A stretch of DNA of 58,402 bases, the filler included, from Sluysia triapertura (lineage: Eukaryota), in NCBI GenBank assembly GCA_046118255.1. It is 4 parts of 4 records of this genome, joined end to end, with 100 filler letters (N's around TTAATTAATTAA, not from the genome) between each part and the next. Parts side by side here need not be neighbours in the genome. Positions count along the whole stretch, not along the records: positions 1 to 11,835 come from JBJNIA010165703.1; positions 11,936 to 33,693 come from JBJNIA010247315.1; 2 more parts are not named here. One strand, 5' to 3'. The position numbers and the translations under genes are program-made. Every line of letters starts with the position of its first letter. The stretch's first letter is position 1. The notes under the pieces are model-generated. The model was given only the letters and a program-made list of their open reading frames with translations. It was not told the DNA's origin and did no database searches. Positions 1 through 12,520 of this stretch are shown here, piece by piece.

Positions 1-69
<69 letters not shown>
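1..69. repeat. (AAT)n microsatellite at window start
   Basis: Perfect AAT run. Similar runs lie at 5251-5294, 11936-12010, 31749-31799, 38138-38212, 47426-47503 and 58337-58402. Confidence 0.98.
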
Positions 70-70
<1 letters not shown>

Positions 71-699
71 GTAATAAGGTGATTAACGATTAAATCGCAT
101 GTGACAATGACATTGTCGTTTATCTACCATATTAGTAGATAGAAATATCCCCGGAGAAGGAATTGGGTTGGGTTACCTGGTTTACTAGCTTAAACGGATG
201 CACATATTTCTTATTTTATTATGGATTAGTATTTGAGGAGAATGAGTTAATTAATTAGAAAATGATGTTTTAGATTTTGATTTATATGTTTATTGTATCT
301 GTACATTTATGGAACTTGAGGTATTTACATAGGATTTTATTTTAAGTAAAGCCAATTTTAATGGTCAATAAAAACTTACTTTAAGACATATAAAATAAGT
401 TCCTACAAAAAATCATATATAATACGATGTCTTCATTATACTTCTGTAAATTAATGATAAATAAAGAAGAAACTTGACGTAAACAATGAATTATACCTTA
501 TTTTTTGAATACATATGTTGTATTCAACATCCAATAAAAATAAAAATATATAAAACAAATACGTTACTAAAAAAGTAATTTTAAAAAATTAATTTTCTAC
601 TTACAATTGTAAATAGTTTATTATTGATAAAAATTTTAAAACAATTTTGGTGACAAAAATTATTAATGACTAAAATTATTGAGAAGTTTTCTTACAAAG

Positions 700-1460
700 T
701 TTAGTTATATAAATTCTGATAATAATTAAAGATAAATTATACACAAATATTTATTAATACAATACTTATAAAAATTGTTTTTGTCTGAAATAATGTAAAT
801 ATACTGCCAAACATTTTAAGTACGCACACTAATTGTTATAATGACGCAAATGTTTTTGGTTCTTCTTAAATTTGAATATGACGTTATACAAAATTATTTT
901 CAACTATGGAAATAATTTTTTCATGTATAAATACTTTTATACACCAAATATATACAATATTCTTTGTTTAATTTCTTTAATCTTTAATTAATAATTTGTT
1001 TTCATTGTTGAGGTACAAGCCTAAAGTGCCATTTAGAATAACGAATGAAGTCTAATGTCGTTATTAACAAAACATTCTATATCAATGAAGGCAAATTTCA
1101 TTTTATTTTTTTTTTCTGCCGACCAATTTTTGTATATACAAAAAAGATAATTGACACACTAAGATATATTTGAATAAAATTATATGCACAAATATTGATA
1201 AATGTGCAGGTCTACCAATTAACCAAAATATATCAAATACAATATATATTCAAGTTTCTACCATCAATTTGAGTACCTCTAAATGATAAAATCACATCTT
1301 TTCATAATTCACGAACATGTAATTAGTTACTGGAACACCTTCTTTATCAATTAAATATATACCATCTGATTTTGTATCATTAAGATCAAGGTAATTAGTT
1401 TCTGATGTTTGTATTTTAAATTCTACATCTCCATCATTATTATTTATTATATTTATAAAT
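700..1460 (-). pseudogene. Maverick/Polinton major capsid protein (PY, double jelly-roll) relic
   Basis: Minus-strand translation gives NNDGDVEFKIQTSETNYLDLNDT, VPVTNYMFVN..KDVILSFRGTQI, NY*LKIKEI and IRIYITKL. These match the recalled PY pattern GPIEF.IPGSGEDYLDL..T / VGPVNNFLHSLFSQVDV.LNG..I / YKVKIKEA / GNLRLELKF. Many stops, frameshifts and deletions. Confidence 0.65.
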
Positions 1461-1509
1461 AACCACATAATTCAGTTTTTCCAAAATTCATTATTTAACA
1501 TTAAATATA

Positions 1510-2110
1510 GTTCCACGTGTATTTCTTCATGATAAACTTTTTCTTGTACCGTTTCACCATTACCTTTTTTAATACATACATTACAGGATATTCTCTTTAC
1601 AAATTTCATGAATTTGAAACATGAAATTCTTACGGAGTCATCAACTTTACATTTGTATTTGTTTTAAATTGTGTTTTTGCCATATTTCCATAAAGTTAGT
1701 TGAATTAATATCCAAAGGTTTAAGTCCATCAAGTTTTCAGTGTTTACTTTGATTATGTGCATAAATTATATTAGGCAATATAATTTTTTAGTCCGTCTCT
1801 TACAGTACGAATAAATCGTTCAGTTAACACTGAATAATGATTAATTACACGTTTATCTAGTATTTTTACCTAAATCAGTTTAAAAATTTATAGATTTGTT
1901 GCTTTTAATTAATATCGTTACTGATTCAACCCTTCTCTTCCAAACCTTGAAAACATATTAACACAATTTAAAATATATTTGTAACCATTATTAATTTTTG
2001 AATATGGAATCATTTCCATTACATCAGCTTGCAATAATTCATTTATATTTATGTGTTGGAAATCTTCGTCTTCTAGGTTTATCAATTATTTTGTCGTCTT
2101 TTTTTGCTAA
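1510..2110 (-). pseudogene. Maverick/Polinton retroviral-like (rve) integrase relic
   Basis: Colinear blocks KPRRRRFPT, INELLQADVMEMIPYSKINNGYKYILNCVNMFSRF, F*TDLGK, INHYSV.TERFIRTVRD, LPNIIYAHNQSKH*KLDGLKPLDIN, KCKVDDSVRIS and YPVMYVLKK.NGETVQEKVYHEEI. These follow the Polinton integrase order WQADLVDM..YSK.N.GYKYIL.VID.FSK / LQTD.GKEF / ERFNRTLK / YN...H..I.MKP.DV / KVGD.VRIS / TY.LKD.NGE.I.G.FYEEEL. Confidence 0.85.
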
Positions 2111-2239
2111 ACTCTATGTTCTATTTATGTGCAGTAGGAAATTTATTCTATCCGTGCATACACACTAAAATTTCTGCATAAATATAAGTTGCATTTTCTC
2201 TCATATTCTTTTCGTATATTATATCTCATATTCAAGTTA

Positions 2240-2900
2240 ATAAAATAATACCAATTTTTCCAAAATCGTCTGATATGACAAAATTGGCTGGTGCATCAAA
2301 ATCGTCAACCATTGGTAAACGAAAGCTTTCTGCCGATAAAAATTTGGTAAATAATTAAATAATAAAACAATTCATTTGTGAAAGATAATGCACCAATGTA
2401 CAAAAAAACTCATACGAAATGTACGTTTTACAAGAAGATATATTTTACAAATTCAAATCATATGTAAAAATCCTGTCAACTTAATTTGGTGCTATTTTAT
2501 TAGAAATAATCAAAGATATAACATCACTAAATGAAATAATAAACAAATTCAGTGTATCAAATGTAATTCCAGAACATCCTTAAATAAAAGTTAATGATAA
2601 AACCAAAAGAACAATGGGAAATATTTGCTCTAAGACAATATTACTGATATGAAGATAGATAAAAATGGCTCATAAACACCTAGTTTGGTACATATAAGAT
2701 GGTTTCGATATTATTTAGTATTTTGTGTTACTAATATATATTTGTTACTGAAAATTATTTTCATTTATTTAGGGTTCTAGGTATACAAATATCGTCCATC
2801 TTAAAATCTATATCTAATTTACTAGCACCAAATGCAAATTAACATTTATTCTAATCCATTACACACCAATTAGAACGATCTAATTTATAATAAAAACGAA
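2240..2900 (-). pseudogene. Decayed ORF, possibly C-terminal half of the Maverick minor capsid (penton/PX)
   Basis: Mostly open frame DTLNLFIISFSDVISLIISNKIAPN*VDRIF weakly resembles PX LYVYSDIVEPQIVGD..APLLRIV. It lies on the same strand, directly upstream of the integrase relic. Confidence 0.3.
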
Positions 2901-3304
2901 CTAAGTGTGCGAGAGTGAACCATATATACTCCTCATATTGATTTAAATAATTATACTAAACAATTTGAATTTATTAGGTTGATTGATTGATTGATTGATT
3001 TATTATAAACGTAGTTTGTGTTTTTGAAAATTTGCCGTGAGTAATTTAAAATTTTTATTTGTTTTCAATTAATATATTCCGTAATTAATTAAATTTTTAT
3101 TATATGAACTCATTATTATTATTTTAACTCAACTTCGTACCTTAAAATTTTAAAATTTTAATGTAATATTCCGTAAACATTGTACTTTGTGAAGTTAATT
3201 GTATTATTATAATTATTATAAATATTATTATTATAAGTATTATTATTATTATTAATTATTCAAAGCTAAAAAGTTTTTCGTCACATTTATAAAATATATA
3301 TATT

Positions 3305-3880
3305 AAAGTGGATCTTGTACTCAAAAGTTTATCCATTCCTTCGTTTAGTATGAAGTGAATGTGGTCAATAACTTATATTCTGTTAACCTTTTAAACTGAA
3401 GACTATTCATACTTAATTATGCGTTATAAAGCAATTTTATTTTATCTTTTGATTTTATCTCGCCATCATTAGATCCTTCAAAGAACACAAAATAAATATT
3501 ACTTGAACAAATATAACAAAAACCGTTCCAACTTGAATAAAATCTATCAAATTGAATTGCATTAACTCTATCGTTATCAGTAATTCAAAAATACGACGTT
3601 AAGCTATAAAAATAGTCACATTCCTTGAAGAAATACAATATTCAATAATTCCTAGCAACTGCTAAGCATGATCTAAGCTTCCATTTCATCATTGAGATTG
3701 ACGACAACATTTTGTGAATAGAAAATTCATCTTTACGAATCGTGGTAAAGCTTTTTGAAATAAATACCGCAAAATAATTGAAGATTCGTTAAAAACCTTT
3801 CTTGATCTATTGAGAAACTTTGCATAACAAACATAACAATGTAATACCAAACTATATTTAAATTACTAAAAGAAAAACTT
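3305..3880 (-). pseudogene. Unidentified decayed ORF upstream of the Maverick relic
   Basis: About 150 codons in one frame with only scattered stops (ISKSFTTIRKDEFSIHKMLSS...QFDRFYSSWNGFCYICSSNIYFVFFEGSNDGEIK...). No family recognised. Confidence 0.3.
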
Positions 3881-3891
3881 GAGAGACTTAC

Positions 3892-4400
3892 TGTGGTGAA
3901 CTCAAAATCTAAGCACCCTAATCGTAAGCAAACAACAACACAAACTAACACATTCCTTATAAATACAATCTTAAACAAATTCCAACACAATCGTGCACAA
4001 AATACTAAATCATCAAACAATACACACACAAAACAAACACAATTTTTATAATACCATACACCTTAAAATATACACTGATTATTGTTAGCATTGTTATTGT
4101 TATATCGTTGTTGTTATTTAAAATCACTAATTTTGTGATTTTGTATTCAAATCTATATGTTGATTGTTCATTTTGTTATGAAACCTTTATCCGATGATAA
4201 TGCATTGTCTAAAATATTGTCTAGATAGAATAATGAAATAGCAGATCAAAGCAACTAAAATGTTTCGAATTATTTAATAGAAACTATAGAGAATGCAAAA
4301 TTAAGACCAAGAGTTCGATCTACGAAGTGAAATTTGATTGACAGAGTTATTGAAGATAATTTGCAATTTAAACAATTCTTTTGCAACAAGTTTCGTCTAA
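3892..4400 (+). mobile_element. LTR-like terminus of the TGTGGTG family followed by a short ORF remnant
   Basis: Starts TGTGGTGAACTC, then a G-poor CA-rich tract and an ATT/GTT-rich tract. The same architecture occurs at 14058, 28073, 40714 and 43261. Confidence 0.45.
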
Positions 4401-5250
4401 CGATGTGATAAATTTGTTGTATAATTTATTTTTTTTGTTATAAAGCTTGTTTATTAAATTAACCTTTAAATTAAAGTTGATATTAATTTTCCACCAGGCC
4501 TCAAACCGGATTTGAATGTAAGTGAAGTTAGCGATTTAAGAATAAGAAAAATATTTAAATTGAGAATTAAGGACGTAAGCAAAGCTGTAAGGCATTTAGG
4601 TACTAATAAACCAACAATAAAAAAATTTGATTATAGCAAATAAGTCAAAGTCACAATATTCTCGTAAGTCTTTCATACTTATGTTCCTAAAGCGTATGTC
4701 TAAGATGAACTTTAAAGTTTATACGCATATTTAAAATCTTTTAAATTTCATATCTAATAGATATTGATTATCTCGTAACATTTTAAATATCATAGAAATA
4801 AGAAATTATCAATTATTCTTTAAAAATAATATAGCAATTCAAAATTATAAATCACTGTTTATATACAATTATTCAATAAACATATTCGAAGGGTAACACA
4901 ACACGACAATAATAATACGCAAATCACTAACCATAACAATATAAATATTACTTATAAAGTTTAGTAAATTACTAAAGATAAATCCTCAATTACAATGTTT
5001 ATCACAAATGTGTTAAAGTAGCCCTCCTATATTTTAAATTCTTTGTCTTGTCCACCTTTTTGGTTCTGATTTTATTACAAAAATGCGATCGTTTATGTAG
5101 TAGTTGGGTAATTGCTTAGGAGATTAAAAATTGGAGAAAGGAAATAAGTGCTTCATATAATTATTTGTTTCTTTTAGTCAGTCATAAGCCGACCAATTTC
5201 AATAATTAAAGTTTAACAGTATGTCAGGATAATAATAAATAATAAATGTA

Positions 5251-5295
<45 letters not shown>

Positions 5296-5372
5296 GTAAG
5301 ATGAAATTACCTAGATAAAGAAATAAATGATTAATACTAATAATAATAAAAACAAAAAAATAATTAACTGAC

Positions 5373-5461
5373 CTAATTTCAACTCTTCTGATTTCTTGTT
5401 ACTCATTCAATTTCATTGGCTAAAAAATAATTAATCATAGTACTAAAAATAAATACTTACC
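5373..5461 (-). CDS. Probable 5' end of an unidentified spliced gene (MSNKKSEELKL...)
   Basis: 41-nt GTAAGT...TTTTAG intron (5460-5420), then ATG at 5406 with 11 codons ending at a G|GTCAGT donor at 5373. Confidence 0.35.
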
Positions 5462-5958
5462 GATAGTATAAAATAGAATCATTGTTGAAATTTTAGTCAC
5501 AATTAAATAACAAAGTTACGAGGAGAAAAGTTTGTTGTGATTTAATAATTAGAGCTTCGTTTTGGTATTATTCGTAATAAAGTAACCATAGTTCTACTAT
5601 TGTTCCTGTATTTAAGGCATTGGACATCAATCGCCAATTAAGTGGTTAAAGTACTTATTGTTAATTTAGTGGCTAAATATTTAGACATCAATTGTTAATT
5701 AAGTAGTTTACTGTCGTTCATATAAACCAGACAATTCATCGTTCGTGATATTCGTTGATTAGACTGCTGATTTCAGTGATCATCTATCGATTTTTATTTA
5801 TTGTCACCTGATTAAATTAAGCTATCAGTAAGTTTGTCTTGATAAGATTTAATTCCGTTAGGAATTAAAAAATCGAATTTTTTAACTCTCGAAATTTGCA
5901 AGTTTGGTTTATGCCAGACATAATAATTTTTCTAGAAATACAATTATATTATTTATTA

Positions 5959-5994
<36 letters not shown>

Positions 5995-7150
5995 ATTACA
6001 GTTATTCATAATAAATAATTTCCCTCGGCTTCCAATTTTATCGTCTCCTACAATTACGCAAATGTAATATCAAAATGTAATATCATTATTACACAAATAA
6101 TTTGCCACATGCTAACTTAAAATAAACATAAAACTAATTAAATACCAAATTTCTTTTATATAAAAAGTTTATTATGCAATACGTCATGCGTCAACTGTAC
6201 ATTGCACGTCGATTTCAATAACGTGTCGAAATTGGTATTCTAGTCAGCATCAATGTAATATATACTTTAATTACATTTAGGCATTATAATATTAATAAAT
6301 TTAATTTTAGATAAAAACTAATTAACTAATTTTTACGTTATCTACGTTGACGTGTTTCGTAACATTTCAGTATTAGGAATACTAATAAAATTCAACATTA
6401 AACATGAGTTCTAACGTTATTTTATCATGTGCAGACATTTTTCACAAAATTATTAAATTAAACAATTTTTAATTGAGTTAATTAATTAATTAATGTACTT
6501 TTATATTTTACAAGTAAGACCTTACAAAGGATTCTCTCTTCATATCTTTTTTCTTTTATTTTGATTTAAATATTTTATACGTTTATTCCATTAACACAAT
6601 TCGTCGTAATGTTTGTCCTGTTCGTTAAAATATTGTAATAAGGATGAATAGATTTTTTTCAATTGCATTTTTGGTGATTTATACTTATCTGTTTTATTTC
6701 ACGAAGAATTTATGCTTAAGTCAGTTTTAGTGTGATTGAGAAAAGTTTTATTGTGGTACTTAAGGCACTTAATGTTTTGTTGAAACGGTATTTTATTTTT
6801 TTATTTTTAGTAAATACAAAACATTTAATTTTATAAATTTCAGTTTTATATAAATTGAAATTGAATAACAAGAACTAATTTCGTTAAATTTGTAGAGGAC
6901 ATATAACATATTTGGACATTTTTTAAATCTTACCAACACACTAACATAGTTGAACATACTAAGGTTTCCGTATTTTCGAACTGATAGTTCACACATATCA
7001 GCATTGATTAAAATGTAATACTTACTAATAAAAACTCATAGAAATTTAAAGATTTTAAAATATATAAGTATTTACTTTAAAAGTCTTTGAAATGCATAAT
7101 TTGTTAATAAAATAATCAACATTCTTAAAAATTTTAAAATCATTATAAAC

Positions 7151-7260
7151 GTTAAAAATTATTAACAATAACTACTATTAACACTTTTATGAGGATCGAT
7201 GTTAAAAATTATTAACAATAACTACTATTAACACTTTTATGAGGATCGATGTAAAAAATT
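7151..7260. repeat. Perfect 50-bp tandem duplication (2.2 copies)
   Basis: GTTAAAAATTATTAACAATAACTACTATTAACACTTTTATGAGGATCGAT at 7151-7200 and 7201-7250. Confidence 0.97.
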
Positions 7261-7442
7261 GTGAAACTACTAATTCGGTTACTACAATTACTAATATATT
7301 TAAGATCTATCAGTACATTTTCAAAGTTATATAGAATAAAAGTAATAAAATTGTTATTTTTAATTTTAGACATGAATTAGTATTTAATATGCGCATATAA
7401 CACAACATTTCTAATTTTAAAATCATTATGCATTTCAAGTAG

Positions 7443-7975
7443 TTAATACATATACAAAGTACCAAAAATAATTCTCGCTACAGATACTTCTTTAATTTCA
7501 CAAGTACAGTTTTCTCTTAAACAATCACCAAAATCACGAATGTTTTTATTTAAAGATCCAAGGTTTTGAGGCTGTCCTTGTATGATTGGTTCTTCATTTA
7601 TATAATATGAAATGTATTGATTTACAGAATATAGCAATGTACTATCGTGACTGTGAATCAAACGTAACTCGTTATATAAACAATCATTTTAAAGCGGACC
7701 AGAACACTCCTTAAAGTATAGTATCTGATTCTGACGCCTAAACTCGATAACTCAATTTTAAATATTCACTTCATTTAATATGCACCCATCTAAAGTCACT
7801 CTTTGATCTAATGTTAGATTTTGTAGTAAATCTTTAAAATTGTTGTCTTTCAAAGTATTCAACATTTACTCAATAATCTCGATATATTTTAAAGATGATC
7901 CTGTCACATATGTAAAATCAGTTCCAAAAAAGAATAGAATTGCTTGCTTAAAATACAATAAATTCGTTTGTGCTG
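7443..7975 (-). pseudogene. Unidentified decayed ORF immediately downstream of the second capsid relic
   Basis: About 175 codons in one frame with four internal stops (AILFFFGTDFTYVTGSSLKYIEIIE*MLNTLKD...RDFGDCLRENCTCEIKEVSVARIIFGTLYMY*). Extends the listed 7443-7661 ORF. Confidence 0.4.
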
Positions 7976-7989
7976 GTCATATAGCAAAT

Positions 7990-8380
7990 ATAATAACAAA
8001 AATAGCAATATAAGTTTATATAATTATAATTAATTGTTAATGTTTAGTAATTTGAGATAAATTCTGATGTAACCATTGCAATAATTTCCAGATATTTGTG
8101 TAACTTGTTGATTATACCTTTGATAGAAAGAAATATAATAATAATGCATCACTATAAACAACCACTTTTAATTGCACATTGCATGTGAGAGTTTATAAGC
8201 TGTTTTAGTGAGGATATTCTTAAGTGTTTTCTTGTTTATAATTTTTAAGTGAAATAAGATATAACGCTTATGGAAAGTTTATATAATACTTATTATTGTA
8301 AATTTACACATTCACCATTTTGCACTGTATATTTTTAGAAAGATATACGAGCCATTTTAATAATTGAAATTTGGTTATAT
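7990..8380 (-). pseudogene. Second Maverick major capsid relic (C-terminal part)
   Basis: KMARISF*KYTVQNG, NILTKTAYKLSHA and NGYIRIYLKL resemble PY YPITRVEVKTFTIPSG / KKNPFNFKH / TGNLRLELKF. Shares ATCAGAATTTAT with the copy near 710. Confidence 0.45.
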
Positions 8381-8940
8381 TATTGAATCACGTGTTAGTA
8401 ATAATTACTAATTTAGTTTTCATGAAATCTAAAATGTGATTTAAGTTAAATGTAACTTTAAATTTTAATTTATTGTGTTATTATAAGCTATATAAAATCA
8501 AAATAGATTTTTTAAATTTATTTTTCAAAATTTTAGCTATAATTTAAATTGTGTAATACGCAGTGTTTTTTATATAGAAGTTATTTACATTCATAAAATT
8601 TACTATTTCAGAACATTTAATTTCTACAGTTTAACACCAAATGACAACGAAACATCTTGAATTAAGACTTATATTAGAATACACAATTTATTTAAAATAG
8701 GTATGCAAATAAATTAATTTATCAAAGTCAAAATTATATAAATTGCTAAAGCACGCGATTGTAACTCATCCTACTTTGTATACGAATTTCTATAATTTTT
8801 GGTCAGCAGAAATTTTAAAAAGGTACTTTTATTTTTTCCAAATCGGTACCTAAATCAAAAATGTTTTATTTCAGTATGTGTTTAAAATTAAACTTGACTT
8901 ACTCTTTATCTGATCTTCATAAATTGTAAAAAATCATTTT

Positions 8941-9105
8941 TATAAAACAAGCATAAAATCAAATCTTTCAATATTATCTTCGACATGCGAATCAGAATCA
9001 CTTTCGTCATCCAACATACCATTACAATTAGGACATTCGACTATCCGCCTTTGGTGGATATTATATTATGTCATAAATTCTACATACACGCATAAAATCT
9101 CATTT
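8941..9105 (-). pseudogene. Possible RING-finger C-terminal remnant
   Basis: FYACM*NL...RRIVECPNCNGMLDDESDSDS: a C.. CPxC pattern followed by an acidic tail, frameshifted. Confidence 0.25.
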
Positions 9106-9495
9106 TGAACTCAGTTAAAACACTAACCCTTAAACCAATGAAATCATAGAATCTCAGATAAATTAAATTGTTAATTACAAACATTGTTAGAAATTAGTTT
9201 TATAAATAGTTTTACAGACAGTTATTTTATTGTCATTATTATTACATGTCACATCGTCACCTTCCTTCTTCTACTCTATTATTCATATCTGCTGTTGTTT
9301 TCCCGATTTTGTTGTACTGGAAGTCATGCATCATAAATAGATGACTCATAAGCCGGCTTTAATCGTCGAAATTGCAAAATTCATGGAGGAAACAATCGTT
9401 TATTTATTTAGTGGATTCAAGAATGAATTTTAGAAAATTAATAATCATCTATATGTAGCAACTATCTTGAATTTGAAGTGCTTAATATAATTTAG

Positions 9496-9915
9496 AATTT
9501 ACTTAGTCTTGAAAAAGGTTTGTTTGATGCCAGATAGTTAGCAGTCACTATTCGTGCTAATGATGAATTAATTAAGAAATCATCTGATGTGCATAACAAA
9601 ATATTGGCAAAAAGCATACACAAGAAGGATCGCTGGGGTCCGATTAACTATATGAAGCTACCAAAGATCGACTTCGATGTCGTTTATGATGGAAATGGTA
9701 GCTGAGAATAAAAAGCTTGAATTACTTCAACAAGATAATAAAGTGTTGCGGGCATCATTGAATGAATAGGAAACATTTCAAATGATACTTAAGAAATATA
9801 AAAAGCATTACTTGACAAAATTGAAAAGGGTGACATTATAAACATTGTCGAAATAAAAATCATGAAAGTAAAAACATCTATAATAATGTTAACAGCTAAA
9901 GAATATCTTGGCATT
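9496..9915 (+). pseudogene. FGFR1OP2: FGFR1OP2/SIKE1-family (STRIPAK coiled-coil) pseudogene
   Basis: SLEKGLFDAR*LAVTIRAND-ELIKKSSDVHNKILA, LYEATKDRLRCRL and MEMVAENKKLELLQQDNKVLRASLNE*ETFQMILKKYKKH align to the recalled FGFR1OP2 TIEKALADAKALVERLRDHD / LNEVARHRPRSTLV / [37 protein letters not shown]. In-frame TAGs and frameshifts; no intron seen. Confidence 0.75.
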
Positions 9916-11835
9916 CCAAATACCTATATAAGTTGTCGAGACCTTATGGAAGCTTGAAAATGACTTGGAAAACCTTTGGAGGCATTAAGGTACCTTTGAA
10001 CTTGTGAATCTTTAGATCATTTAAAACTTTATTAACCTCTATGCACTCTTGAAACCTTGATAAGCATCTAAGATCTTCGAGTAATCTTATAAAGTATTTA
10101 AAATCTTTAAAATAGTTGAGAAATGAAATTGTTGTCATTGGTATTAAGAATAAATTTAGTATAGTAATAATTAACATGAAGAAGTAGAAAAAGGAATCAG
10201 AGAGGTGAAGGTGAAAACATCTGGAGCCTCCCGAATGCTTTATAAATTACTAGAAAGCCTTGGAATCATAATAAAACCTTTAAACACAGAATAAGATTAA
10301 GTCTAAAAATATATTAATTAATGAAAAATCTTAACTCAATTAAGAAAAAGTACGTTTTGAATGCGGAATGCTATGTTAAATTTGAAACTGTGTATGTATT
10401 TGTTTTGAAGAGACCTCTCGATGAAGGTATGGTTTGACCGAGTTCATGCGAGAAAAGCCTTAATATTGAGCAAAGTCAAATTTCAATTAATTTTTAATTA
10501 TGGAATGTTGAAATTTTAATACTTAGAGTGATGCAAATGTGATGATGGAATATGAGATGATTGCTATGAAAAGGAGAATCTATAAGTGAGTTCGAAATGT
10601 GTGTAAAATGGTTCGTTTGAGAATAAGAAGCATAAAACATTTTTCATTAGAAAATTTGATGTGAAACAGAAAATTAATTAAATAATTGAAAGTGAAATTA
10701 AATTCATTATTTTTATGTACGTTGATAATAAATCAAATTTCTATGTTTGGTACGTAATAAAGTTTGATAGACGGTACCATGTAATTGTCAAAATTGTTAG
10801 TGTCGGTTTGATTTTTCAAGAGGTTTTGATGATTTGTGTGAGAGAGTGTTTGATCGTGAGACTGGGAATAAAATAAAGATTTCTAAATTTTTAACACACA
10901 ATAACAACAATGACACAATGGTACAATTATAAAGATCCGTGCATAGGATAAAGTTTTTATTTATTTTTTATTATTTTATTATATTGAAATAAGATAAATA
11001 ATTAATTTTATTTTAAATTTTGTTTTTATTAATTTTAATTTTAGTAAAAATAATTTTGCATTATTTTTAATATAAGTTATTTAATTTGATTTCTAGCTGT
11101 TTCTAAAATAATTTTGTGAGAAACATCCTACGTAACTTATTCTATCAAAATTTTAAATATTTCTGCTTTAGATATTACTGTTAAATTTTAAAAAGTATTT
11201 TTACAAAGAATTTTATTGTAATCGTGATTACTCTTGGTTAAGTTCACCAGAATTATTTAAGTAGCATAATTACTATTAATTTTCTAGATATTGATATTGT
11301 TAATGTTTGTTGCGTCACTCCTGGTAGTTTTATTTTAAATAGATTATAGTGTCCTTAATATTATTAAAAACGCTATTGTTATTTTTGTCATTTTTGTTGA
11401 TTTTAGTATTATTTAGTGAAGATTCTTATTAACAATAATAAATTCTATTTTGATTTTTGTTTAATAGTATATTATTGTCTTAGTTTTGATTTAATTTTCA
11501 AGAGCTTAATTTTAGGGCAACAGTTATTAATGTTAAGTAAGAAGATTACTGAAAAATTATACTTCATATACTGACTACTTAAATTATTAAAATTCTTTTA
11601 AGCTAATCAAGTTAATATTGAGTTGTAATAACTAATAAAATTGTAAGACGCAACATAGCAATGAAATACAAATTATACTTTATAACAATATAAATCACTC
11701 TTCAATGACAAATGTTAACCATGGTTGACACAACTTATTTAAATTTTCGCACCCGTATTAACGCAAAATATAAACATTAAGAAAGATATTACTAACCCTT
11801 GTTCTAAAAAGAGAATTGTTTATTTTAGCCAATTA

Positions 11836-11935
11836 NNNNNNNNNNNNNNNNNNNNNNNNNNNNNNNNNNNNNNNNNNNNTTAATTAATTAANNNNNNNNN
11901 NNNNNNNNNNNNNNNNNNNNNNNNNNNNNNNNNNN
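11836..11935. other. Artificial assembly spacer N44-TTAATTAATTAA-N44
   Basis: Identical 100-bp construct three times in the window. The 12-mer stops all six frames. Confidence 0.97.
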
Positions 11936-11997
<62 letters not shown>

Positions 11998-12039
11998 TAA
12001 TAATAATAATACGTATACACAATTCTAATTACAACGTTA

Positions 12040-12520
12040 CAATAGAAAAGAATTGTCTAGAATGTTCTAGAACATTGGAATTGGAAATTTTATTCTCCTT
12101 GGTTTAGCTCATGCAACATTTTTTATGATTTATTCCAGTTTTTTATTCCATGAAAGAGTAAAGGTTTTTATTATTAAGGGCATTTTGATTTTAATAATTA
12201 AATTATTAAAATACACGTAAATTTTCGATTTTACTATTTTATTTTATAGAAAAATCTCGATCTACCGAGGGGAAAATTTTAAATTAAAATATGAAAATAT
12301 TTCACTAAAGATCCCGCAAGCATTTTAATCTTAAAATAATCTTCCGACTTTCTAAATACATTTTTAGCTGTTAAATATAAAATATTACTTTAATAAAATC
12401 GTTATTCGTTGAATTTTTTATTTGTTGTTAATTGGATTTCATTCGATTACATAAGTTCTAATTTATTTAATATTGTATAAGACCCTCATAAGCAGTTTTA
12501 TTTAGAGACCTATTAGAAGT
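12040..12520 (+). mobile_element. 5'-truncated copy of the TGTCATCAC LTR-like family
   Basis: Shares ATGTTCTAGAACATT, TTATTAAG..ACGTAAA, GAGGGG.AAA and GACCCTC blocks in the same order as 16611-17291. Confidence 0.5.

Noticed and set aside
3733-4029. ORFs 3733-4029, 43189-43395 and 17963-18232 as genes
   Set aside because: They overlap the compositionally skewed LTR-like tracts; chance open frames.
7151-7260. CRISPR-like array
   Set aside because: Adjacent tandem copies without spacers, in eukaryotic DNA with no cas genes.
9496-9915. Stop-codon reassignment (TAR read as Gln) explaining in-frame TAGs
   Set aside because: The same region has frameshifts, and the intact 328-aa UBX ORF and the USP and HSD17B10 exons contain no internal TAR.
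11836-11935. TTAATTAATTAA islands as a biological repeat
   Set aside because: Identical N44/12-mer/N44 construction three times; it is a six-frame-stop linker. Adjacency across the gaps is unverified.
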